Source of the DNA: Nitrososphaeria archaeon
GTDB lineage: Archaea > Thermoproteota > Nitrososphaeria > JACIWG01
NCBI GenBank assembly: GCA_963752255.1
Contig: CAVVXT010000019.1
Coordinates: forward strand, 288,001 to 352,000
Reading direction: 5' to 3'
DNA length: 64,000 nucleotides
The notes under the pieces were generated by a model. The model worked only from the letters and a program-made list of their open reading frames with translations, searched no databases and was not told where the DNA came from. Numbering within the stretch: position 1 is the stretch's first letter; each line of letters begins with the position of its first letter. Positions 51,456-59,518 of the stretch are shown one piece after another. The position numbers were made by a program, and so were the translations under genes.

Positions 51456-52591
51456 ATGATGGATATGCGACCTAACAGAGCCCTACAGATATTAGCTCAA
51501 GAAGATAACGTAAAAAGAGTAGACGCTAACACATACAAAGTTAAATCACAATCGGGGAAAGGTATTTATCAAGTAATAAGAGTAGGTGAAGAATGGAAAT
51601 GCGAATGTGCAGATTACATCAAAAGGGGAATTGCATGCAAGCACATATATGCAGTTACTTTTTCACAGGCTCTAAGACAACAGGTTAGCTCAACAGAAAA
51701 GCTGGGAATAGAGCTTACAGAAAAACCCGATAACTGCATTTACTGTGACTCAGGAAATGTAGTCAAAAGGGGATATGCTTATGAGAAAGGAAAGAAGGCT
51801 CAGCGTTTCTGGTGTAAAGATTGCAATAAGACCTTTGTGCTGAATTACGGATTTAGGGGAATGAAGAACGATCCTAAGGTAATTACTGTGGCTTTAGATG
51901 CCTATTTTAGAGAAATGAGCCTTAGGGATGTCAGAGATCATCTGATACAATTTTACGGGGGTTAAAGTGCATTATGTAACAATTTTAAGATGGATTTCCA
52001 AATACACTAAGATCATAGGAGATTATGTTGATGGATTCGAACCTGAGGTAAGCGACACTTGGCACGTAGATGAAATGATGATCGACGTTGAAGGAAAGAA
52101 GCAATGGCTCTGGAACGTCATGGACGATGACACACGCTTTCTTTTAGCAGAGCAGGATAAGCAGGAAAAGGGATGTGAGAAGTGCAAGGATACCTCTGCA
52201 TGACGCACAAGATAGAGCTGGGATAAGACTGAGATATGTGGTAACTGATGGATTAAAAGCCTATCCTGATGCAATAACGAAGGAATTTTATACTGTGGCT
52301 AATCCAAAAACCAAGCACGTGAGATTACCGAGTATAAGGGAAAGACCAAACAACAATATAATTGAAAGACTACATGGAACAATAAGAGAGAGAAATAAGG
52401 TTCAAAGAGGATTAAAGGAAGGGGCATCAACCAACATAGCTGAGGGACAGAGGATATTCTACAATTTCATAAGAGGACACATGGGAATAGACGAAGAAAA
52501 GACACCAGCGGAAAAAGCGGGAATAAGACTCAAATTGGAAGGAAACAAATGGATGGAACTAATAAAAAAGGCGACCGCAACACAATTTTAA
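51456..52591 (+). CDS. IS6/IS240-like DDE transposase with N-terminal SWIM and Zn-ribbon; frameshifts at about 51960 and 52155
   Basis: CEC...CKH (SWIM), CIYC...CKDC, SLRDV..HL...TILRWI (HTH), WHVDE, VTDG, NNIIERLHGTIRER, YNFIRGH, TPAE. Confidence 0.9.
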
Positions 52592-52605
52592 CAAGTGGTT
52601 CTCAT

Positions 52606-53277
52606 CTATTGTTCTTGATTCTTGGTGAGTAACTGCGTTCTTCTTTTCCTTAAACTAATTCCCAAAGCGATTGAGCTTAATATTATGGCTACGACCGCCA
52701 GAATCGTGCTAAGTTGTGTGAATGAATTCATAAGCAAAGAGCCTATTGAGGGTTGAGATTCTGGGCTAATGAAAGTAGGTCTGAAAGTTGCCCAAACATC
52801 GCTTGAATTTACTTTCCCATTCTTTAGTTGTTCTTCGATATGCACGATTGGACTAAACCATCCGAGCCTTGCTTGTCCCTCACTGAGACCTACATCCTTA
52901 TCAAAGACCCTAATAGGCGGCATCGTTGTGCTGTACCCACTACCAATCACTGAAAGTTTTACATCTTGGGGTATCGGGGGGGTGCGATATAAGGCAGAGG
53001 GAGTGGAAATGTCAAGCAGAATGGACGTGACTCGTGTTTCAACAACATCAGTCCCAAAGGACTTCACAGTGAATGAAATCGGAATCGTGTAGAATTCACC
53101 AGTAACAAATGTTACGGGGCAATCAAAATTAAATTCGTAAACAGCCCCATTATTACTTGTTACATCAGATACAGTAGTACTCCAACCAGCTTGGGTCGCA
53201 TATGAACTACTCGGTAATAGAAACAACAATAATACAACGCATATAATTATGGAATAACCAATAGGACGAGTCATCAT
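52606..53277 (-). CDS. Hypothetical exported protein with signal peptide and C-terminal TM anchor (transposon cargo)
   Basis: N-terminal hydrophobic signal, S/T-rich beta region, C-terminal TM followed by RKRR. Confidence 0.75.
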   Translation of the reverse strand: MMTRPIGYSIIICVVLLLFLLPSSSYATQAGWSTTVSDVTSNNGAVYEFNFDCPVTFVTGEFYTIPISFTVKSFGTDVVETRVTSILLDISTPSALYRTPPIPQDVKLSVIGSGYSTTMPPIRVFDKDVGLSEGQARLGWFSPIVHIEEQLKNGKVNSSDVWATFRPTFISPESQPSIGSLLMNSFTQLSTILAVVAIILSSIALGISLRKRRTQLLTKNQEQ

Positions 53278-53454
53278 TTTAAACTAAAAAGCCTAAACTT
53301 ATATATAAAGATATACATAAATATAAAATGATAATTTTTAAGAAGAATCAATATTATCAAAATCAAGTCAAAAAATAAAAAACAAGAGCACACGATTTAT
53401 CAATATGACTGATATTCATAGGTCGTATAAGACTTGTCATAACCTTTTGAACCA

Positions 53455-53515
53455 TGCACAACAACGCAACACCAACATTTTCCTAAACCCTATGCACAAT
53501 GGATGCACAAGAACC
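53455..53515 (-). repeat. Right terminal inverted repeat
   Basis: Reverse complement GGTTCTTGTGCATCCATTGTGCATAGGG...GTTGTGCA. Confidence 0.85.
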
Positions 53516-53630
53516 CTATTAACTGTTATAGTTACACTTTGGCCTACTGAAAGTATGTAAGCCAATAAGTAAACAGTTGTTTTCTTTTAAATAGTCAATA
53601 GTTAAATAGAAACTTCCCTTAACTGAATAT

Positions 53631-54692
53631 ATGCTAGGGTTGGCGCATTATCCTGAAGGCGAATTAAGGCTCTTAAATACGGAGGAACCTAAAATCGGAA
53701 AGAACCCTTACGCACCCAACGACACGATTTTGGAGATAAAATACTGTGGAGTCTGCGGCACCGATGTGAAATTCTGGAAAGGGAAAGGTAAGATAATGGG
53801 GCCGGAGAAGCCGGTTGTGACAGGCCACGAGATATCAGCGGTCATAAAAGACGTAGGCGAAAATGTCGAAGGTTTCAGGAAAGGGGACAGAGTCGTCGCT
53901 GAAATAGTCACATTCTTTTGTGGCCGATGCATAAACTGTAAGCAGGGAAAGGTTAACATCTGTTGCAACATCCCCCACAGAGAACAGAGAGTCTACTTTA
54001 CAACCGGGGGAGGATTTGCTAAATATGCTGCTTGGCCCTCTTATTGCTTGCATAGATTACCCGATGAAATATCTCTTGAAGAAGCGTCCCTGATTGAGAC
54101 GACCGCAGGTAGCGTTCACGCGCTAATTGAGAGAGCTAACCTTACTGCAGGTGAATCCATAATAATCTTCGGCCCAGGTGCAAGGGGGCTTGTAATGCTG
54201 CAGGTCGCAAAGTCACTCGGTGCATACCCGATAATTGTGGCCGGTACGACTGCCGATGAAGTAAAAAGGCTCAAGATGGCTAAAGAGCTTGGAGCAGACG
54301 AGGTTCTGAACGTCGAGAAAGAGGATGTAAAAAAGGCTGTGAAATCTTACACGAAAAATTGGGGCGCGGACGTAGTTATGGAGTGCGCAGGAAGCCCAGA
54401 AGCGGTTCTGCAAGGTATCAGGTCGGTTAGACCAGGGGGCAGGATGATATTGTCAGGTGGTGGAACTGTTACGCTGGATACGGGGGACTTGATCGAAAAA
54501 GAGATGTCGTTAATTGGAGAAGTTTCGCATATATGGACTTCTTGGGAGACAGCCATCACACTTGTCAAAAGTGGTAAAGTAAAGCTTAAGCCTCTAATCT
54601 CACATATTTTTCCTCTGGCCAGCTGGGAGGAAGCGTTCCGCACAGCCGCAGACAACAGAGCATCTTTGAAGGTTCTCATCAGACCAGAATAG
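53631..54692 (+). CDS. Zinc-dependent medium-chain alcohol dehydrogenase (sorbitol/threonine DH-like)
   Basis: CGTD, GHE, CGRCINC..G..NIC, GPGARG, LKVLIRP. Confidence 0.92.
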   Translation: MLGLAHYPEGELRLLNTEEPKIGKNPYAPNDTILEIKYCGVCGTDVKFWKGKGKIMGPEKPVVTGHEISAVIKDVGENVEGFRKGDRVVAEIVTFFCGRCINCKQGKVNICCNIPHREQRVYFTTGGGFAKYAAWPSYCLHRLPDEISLEEASLIETTAGSVHALIERANLTAGESIIIFGPGARGLVMLQVAKSLGAYPIIVAGTTADEVKRLKMAKELGADEVLNVEKEDVKKAVKSYTKNWGADVVMECAGSPEAVLQGIRSVRPGGRMILSGGGTVTLDTGDLIEKEMSLIGEVSHIWTSWETAITLVKSGKVKLKPLISHIFPLASWEEAFRTAADNRASLKVLIRPE

Positions 54693-54974
54693 CTTAACCA
54701 AATTAAGAAAAAAATTCGATCTGGTTCAATAAAGGCATACTGCATAGAACACCGTACTTTAGAGGCTGATCTAGGTTGGAGCTTTAATCCCCGACGTATC
54801 AGTTAGAGGTTTAAAATATATTAAAAGAGACTGCCAAAGAAACAGCTAAGGTTTTGTGAATAAAGCAGATCACTAAAAGCAAATGGTCAAAGACCAAGTT
54901 AGGCAAATAAGAAGAATATTCGGAAGACTAGGATAGCTTTTTATAACTCTGCAGGGAATGAATTTTGAGACCGA

Positions 54975-55109
54975 ATGCCTAGGTGTGACGTGTGCGGCAA
55001 AATCGTAAAGGATGTAGCTAAGCACAAGAGAAGAAAGAGATGTGGTGCAAAGACGTCCTCTCCCCCAACGTTAGACAATCTAAGAAACAGGATAGCACAC
55101 GGTTGGTGA
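54975..55109 (+). CDS. 44-aa basic zinc-finger-like microprotein (not in ORF track)
   Basis: MPRCDVCGKIVKDVAKHKRRKRCGAK...GW*; TTTTTATA box about 30 nt upstream. Confidence 0.5.
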   Translation: MPRCDVCGKIVKDVAKHKRRKRCGAKTSSPPTLDNLRNRIAHGW

Positions 55110-55263
55110 CATAAATGTCTGTAGGAGAAGATCATGCGTGGCGACTTCCGTAAAAAGATTAGAGTATTAAGACACATCAGGCACCTGTTGCTGGACACTT
55201 ATTTTGGATCAAGTTCCCTGACATTTATTGATTATAGGAGTTATGATGTTTGTCTGTGGGGAC

Positions 55264-56733
55264 TTAATCCGTCGGAAGTTTGTAGTGTTCAGTGATTATA
55301 TGATGATATTCTTCAGGTTCGACAAGTGACCTGAACGCCCTCTGCACTACCTCGCTTAATGAGGGATGTATGTGCATTCCCTGTGTAATCGGGTTAACAC
55401 TCTGCGATGGCGTATACATCAGGTTTATGATCTCCTGTATAAGGATAGAGGCGTATGGCCCAATAACATGCGCGCCCAGGATCTTCCTTTCTTTCTTCTC
55501 AACGATCACTTTCACGAAGTAGTCCTTTACGTTCATTGCCAGCCCCTTGGCCGTGTCTTCGTATCTTTCTACGCCTATTACTATGTCGTCTGAACCGTAT
55601 CTTTCGAGCGCTTCCTTCTCCTTTAACCCCACACCAGCGACTTCCGGGTAGGCGAATATAGCGTGTGGGACGGCGTGATAGTCCACTTCCATCTTCTTCC
55701 CCAGTACTGCGTTATAGTATACGACAAGAGCTTCATAGTTTGCGACATGCTTGAACATGTATTTGCCGTCTGCGTCGCCGAGCGCCCAAACGTTGGGCTG
55801 TGAAGTTTGAAGGTATTTATCAACGATGATCCATCCCTTTCCGTCCGTCTTTATCCCACCTCTTTCGGGGTGCAGGATGTCGCTGTTGGAGCTTCTTCCT
55901 GAAGCAACTAAAATTTCATCTGCTTCTATCACTACTTCTTCTCCGTCTACCCCGTTTACAGCGGTGACCTTCTTTTTATTCGCCGAAGCATTTTCTACCC
56001 TGCGTACTTCAAGACCTGTCATCACAGTCATGTACTTCTGGAACTCACGTTTAGCTAACGCAGATATTTCAGGCTCTTCCTCAGGGATAAACTTGGGGTT
56101 TCTGCCTATAATCGTGACCTCCGAACCCATGGCTGATAGGAAGTGCCCATATTCCGCGGCGATATACCCTCCCCCGATAATAGCTGTGCTTTTCGGGAGC
56201 ACATCAATTTTTAAAAACGTATCACTTGTATAATATTTGACGTTGTCAAGGCCGTCTATTTTTGGTATAGTAGGTTTTGAGCCCGCACCCAGAAAGATGA
56301 GACCAGAATGTATAGTGTCATCGCCTACCTTTAACGTATATGGAGCGATGAACTCTGCAACTGTAGGATAGTAATCGATACTATCCGTATGGGTGAGTCC
56401 CTCCCGAATCGATTCAATATCTCCGTAGATTAGTTTTCTCATCCTGTCCATAACGGCCTTGAAATCTATTTCTTCTACAGTTGTGTGTATACCGAATTCT
56501 TTAGCTTTTTCAATCGTCCTCACAACCTCCGCGGGATAAAGAAGAATCTTTGATGGAATACAGCCTCGTGTTAGGCAGATCCCTCCAGGCTCATCCTTAT
56601 CTATAACCGCAACCTTCGCTTTCGGATTACCATTAATTAGAGCGTACACGATTTCAGAGACCGAACCCGTGCCTATCGCGATAGCATCATATTCTTTCAT
56701 ACTGAAAACGCAGAATCGGTTTAATATAAACAC
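55264..56733 (-). CDS. Dihydrolipoyl dehydrogenase / mycothione reductase-like flavoprotein disulfide reductase
   Basis: GGICLTRGCIPSK, GGGYIAAE, ALGD, HIHPSLSE. Likely start at ATG 56700. Confidence 0.9.
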   Translation of the reverse strand: MFILNRFCVFSMKEYDAIAIGTGSVSEIVYALINGNPKAKVAVIDKDEPGGICLTRGCIPSKILLYPAEVVRTIEKAKEFGIHTTVEEIDFKAVMDRMRKLIYGDIESIREGLTHTDSIDYYPTVAEFIAPYTLKVGDDTIHSGLIFLGAGSKPTIPKIDGLDNVKYYTSDTFLKIDVLPKSTAIIGGGYIAAEYGHFLSAMGSEVTIIGRNPKFIPEEEPEISALAKREFQKYMTVMTGLEVRRVENASANKKKVTAVNGVDGEEVVIEADEILVASGRSSNSDILHPERGGIKTDGKGWIIVDKYLQTSQPNVWALGDADGKYMFKHVANYEALVVYYNAVLGKKMEVDYHAVPHAIFAYPEVAGVGLKEKEALERYGSDDIVIGVERYEDTAKGLAMNVKDYFVKVIVEKKERKILGAHVIGPYASILIQEIINLMYTPSQSVNPITQGMHIHPSLSEVVQRAFRSLVEPEEYHHIITEHYKLPTD

Positions 56734-56832
56734 ACGTAATAAACATTTTTGATACTAACCAAATAGACGACAGCATCGCTCCAGTTAATTTGAATAACAA
56801 GAAAAGATATGGATCTCAGAACGCTCCACGCA

Positions 56833-57330
56833 CTATAGCTGATCCTGCATCCAGATCGAAGGATCATACATTCTATTCCATAGATCTTCTTCGATAAGCG
56901 TTTCCTTAACTATAACTTCATCTTTCAAAGCCTGGAAGATGCCGTGGTGTCTAATCTCATCCTTTAAAATTATGTTCAGTATCATCTTCACCTTTGGATT
57001 GTCAGTGGAATCGGCTATCCTCTTGACTTCGTTCATGTGGTAAGCTTCTTCTTTTATATGGTATTCGATTTTTTCCTGTATCCTACCTAAGTCCTCGGGA
57101 GAAATCATCCTCCTACCCGGCTCAAGGATATCCGCCAATGTTCCATATAACTTGGCATGCCTTCTAGAATCCAATGCCATTACCTCAAGTAATAATTTAA
57201 TACCATAACTCCTAACACTGCCGGCAAGCCTGTCTATTTCCTTTGCAAGCTTTTCTTCACCTTTAGCCATTTCTTCAAATGTCTTTATCTCTTTGACGTC
57301 AGTCATAACTTCAAATAAAAGGTGCGACAA
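56833..57330 (-). CDS. Ferritin-like / rubrerythrin-like diiron protein
   Basis: E...DSRRH and E...DEIRH four-helix-bundle motifs. Likely start at ATG 57306. Confidence 0.82.
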   Translation of the reverse strand: MSHLLFEVMTDVKEIKTFEEMAKGEEKLAKEIDRLAGSVRSYGIKLLLEVMALDSRRHAKLYGTLADILEPGRRMISPEDLGRIQEKIEYHIKEEAYHMNEVKRIADSTDNPKVKMILNIILKDEIRHHGIFQALKDEVIVKETLIEEDLWNRMYDPSIWMQDQL

Positions 57331-57490
57331 TATAAATCTTATATGATAGGTCGCACATCATACTTTAGTACAACTTCCCTTAAAACTTAATAGCATTCAA
57401 TATTTCGTTCAACAAGAAAAAATTGACAGATAAACAAAAACAAAAAAATAAGGGGGTTTAATGGCTGCCTATCGCTCTGTCCTTTCTACT

Positions 57491-57664
57491 TTACTTACAT
57501 TCTGCGGCGGTCTTTCCTCTTAAAATCCACGCCAGTCCTCCTATCGTTAAACCACCGAGTACGAAAGCACTTGTGAGTGCGATACGTGGGTGCTCTTTTG
57601 TCATTTCCTCAGCCCTATCGACCCCTATTTTCACATTTTCCTTTATTCTATTCACAGTGTACAT
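57491..57664 (-). CDS. Second YqjD/ElaB-like small membrane protein (57 aa, not in ORF track)
   Basis: MYTVNRIKENVKIGVDRAEEMTKEHPRIALTSAFVLGGLTIGGLAWILRGK...; clear paralog of 1538..1783 (shared MTKEHP). Confidence 0.8.
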   Translation of the reverse strand: MYTVNRIKENVKIGVDRAEEMTKEHPRIALTSAFVLGGLTIGGLAWILRGKTAAECK

Positions 57665-57703
57665 ATCAATCGTTTCTATTTAGCCAGAAGTGGAGAGATA
57701 AGA

Positions 57704-57724
57704 ATTTCCCGAAAATATTCGGGT
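57704..57724 (-). promoter_or_regulatory. Conserved palindromic upstream motif, copy 4
   Basis: Minus strand ACCCGAATATTTTCGGGAAAT followed by TCTTATCT. Confidence 0.75.
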
Positions 57725-57946
57725 TTATTTCTATAAATGTTCAATAGCATCTCTGGAAATTAGATTAAAAAAATTCAATCGGTCCTTTAATTTGTTCCTG
57801 ATCTGAGGAAGTCGAAGTTGCCGCTGTAAAGAAAAGTGGGTAGTTATCTTTGAAGTGGAGAACCTCTGCAATTAAGACGATTAGGAGTGTCCTCTGCTCC
57901 ATGGACAAAGACCGATTTTCCTAGAAAATTGTATACAAAGGAAACC

Positions 57947-58750
57947 TTATCCGGGTTCCTTGATCTTTGATAACGTCGTAAGGTATGTGCCGTCCGTCAG
58001 GTACAGCTTTGTCTTTTCCTCTATCAGGTACTTCATTATGGTATTTGAATGCCTTTCCACAGCCCCGTTTATTGGAATCCCTCCCACTATTTTGTTGAAG
58101 GCTGGTAAAACGATAAGCTTTATGTTCTCCTTTGGGATTCGAAAGCTTAGATTGTTTTTTGCATACACTTCAGCATATCTGCCTCTGTCTATTTCCCCAA
58201 TAAGCCAGACCGGCTCGAACAGCCTTAGGCCGATGCTGTCCCTCAGCTCGATCATGTAGTGTCCATGCCCAGTTATGATATACGATGTCCGCAGGCTTTC
58301 CGGTATCGGCCACGCGTTGCCGTGTAGGAGGGTAAATGAGCTACTCTTGCATTTTACGTACGTTCCTCTGGATGTGATGACCTGCACGTTGTCTGGCAGC
58401 AGGTTCCTTATGCCTCCATCGTGGTTCCCAAGCGTCACAACGATGTGCTCGAACCATTCGTTCAACCTGTTAAAGAACGTCGTAACCTGAAAGAAATCGA
58501 AGGACGAAGCCCAGGCAACCTTGTGCTTGACGTCCCCGAGGATGAACAGATCTTTAGCTCTGTGCTTCTTGCCTATTTCGACCAGTCTGTCTGCTAAGGC
58601 ATGTGTCCTCTGTGGCAGGCTGATGCCCTTCTTTAACAGTTCTATCTCGTACCCTATATGAATGTCCGAAACTGCCAGCCCCCTTCTTTTACAGTCCAGT
58701 AAAACTGCTGAGTCCTCAAATAATATTCTGAGATCACACATTTTTTTCAA
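57947..58750 (-). CDS. Calcineurin-like metallophosphoesterase (Lhr-associated MPE type)
   Basis: SDIHIGYE, LGDVKH, GNHD, LHG, GHGH, VLPAFN. Confidence 0.9.
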   Translation of the reverse strand: MKKMCDLRILFEDSAVLLDCKRRGLAVSDIHIGYEIELLKKGISLPQRTHALADRLVEIGKKHRAKDLFILGDVKHKVAWASSFDFFQVTTFFNRLNEWFEHIVVTLGNHDGGIRNLLPDNVQVITSRGTYVKCKSSSFTLLHGNAWPIPESLRTSYIITGHGHYMIELRDSIGLRLFEPVWLIGEIDRGRYAEVYAKNNLSFRIPKENIKLIVLPAFNKIVGGIPINGAVERHSNTIMKYLIEEKTKLYLTDGTYLTTLSKIKEPG

Positions 58751-59432
58751 GGCTCAGTAGCGGGAAGATTTCTGTCTTAACAAAAGAGGACAGGTCCTTG
58801 ATTTCTATCTTGGTGAAGGAGACCACTATGCCGTTTCTCGTAAACCCTACGATATACCCAAACTTCTTTGACCTCACGACGATGTACCAGAGCTTTCCAT
58901 GGGTCAGGTACTCTGAATAGAGAGCGGTGTTCGCCAAGCCCGAACCATACAGCGAAAGTTTGCTGATGTTAGGTATGTCTACGTCGTCGAAGAACAGGAC
59001 CTTGGCGTCCTCCATGTGTTCTTCGTGATACTTCTTGATGGTGTCCGGCTCTATCCTAACCTCCAGAATCCTTCCGGGCAGGAGGAAAAGTATCTTACTC
59101 AGCTGGTTTGCTACATTGTTGGCTCTCTCCTTTTTTTCGAACACGGCCAAAAGCAGTCTTCCGTTGAAAGAGAAAAGTTCAAAGACGACTTCGAATGTTC
59201 TGGGGATAAGCCTGAGCAACCCCTTGCTTGGGATGTAAAGGGGGGTGTCGAAGCTGAATATGCCCCTTAAGGAGTCGGCTCGGATCTCTAGATCCTTTAT
59301 TTCGTTCACGAGCTCGGCCTTCTGTTCGCCTTCCACGAAGTCGTTTGCAACCCTGAACCCTTTGAGTTTCAGAGCGGCTTCCTCCAAGGACATGTACTCT
59401 TCAGCAACGAAGATTTTACAGGCGAGAACCAT
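58734..59432 (-). CDS. Conserved hypothetical protein between Lhr and MPE
   Basis: 232-aa ORF overlapping the MPE start; family not recognised. Confidence 0.75.
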   Translation of the reverse strand: MVLACKIFVAEEYMSLEEAALKLKGFRVANDFVEGEQKAELVNEIKDLEIRADSLRGIFSFDTPLYIPSKGLLRLIPRTFEVVFELFSFNGRLLLAVFEKKERANNVANQLSKILFLLPGRILEVRIEPDTIKKYHEEHMEDAKVLFFDDVDIPNISKLSLYGSGLANTALYSEYLTHGKLWYIVVRSKKFGYIVGFTRNGIVVSFTKIEIKDLSSFVKTEIFPLLSLEKNV

Positions 59433-59518
59433 AAAGAAGTGTCTGAAGAGTGCATTATAAAACTTTTGCGCATTAAGCTAATCTTCGGCATTCAAACATT
59501 GGAATGTTCACTGTTGAA

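Larger units (their letters stand above)
50727..53515. mobile_element. IS6-family-like cargo transposon, 2,789 bp, with 8-bp TSD
   Basis: CTATTAAC repeated at 50719-50726 and 53516-53523. Ends GGTTTTTATGCATCTGTTGTGCAT... and ...ATGCACAATGGATGCACAAGAACC are imperfect inverted repeats of about 62 bp. Internal DDE transposase. Confidence 0.88.

Noticed and set aside
51950-52180. Programmed frameshifting in the transposase
   Set aside because: Both shifts are single extra Gs of the same kind seen in many housekeeping genes here; two programmed shifts are unlikely.
52570-52580. GGCGACCGCA at the transposase 3' end resembling a tRNA-Gly 3' terminus
   Set aside because: Only 10 bp, within coding sequence, and it does not match the element's own tRNA-like gene.
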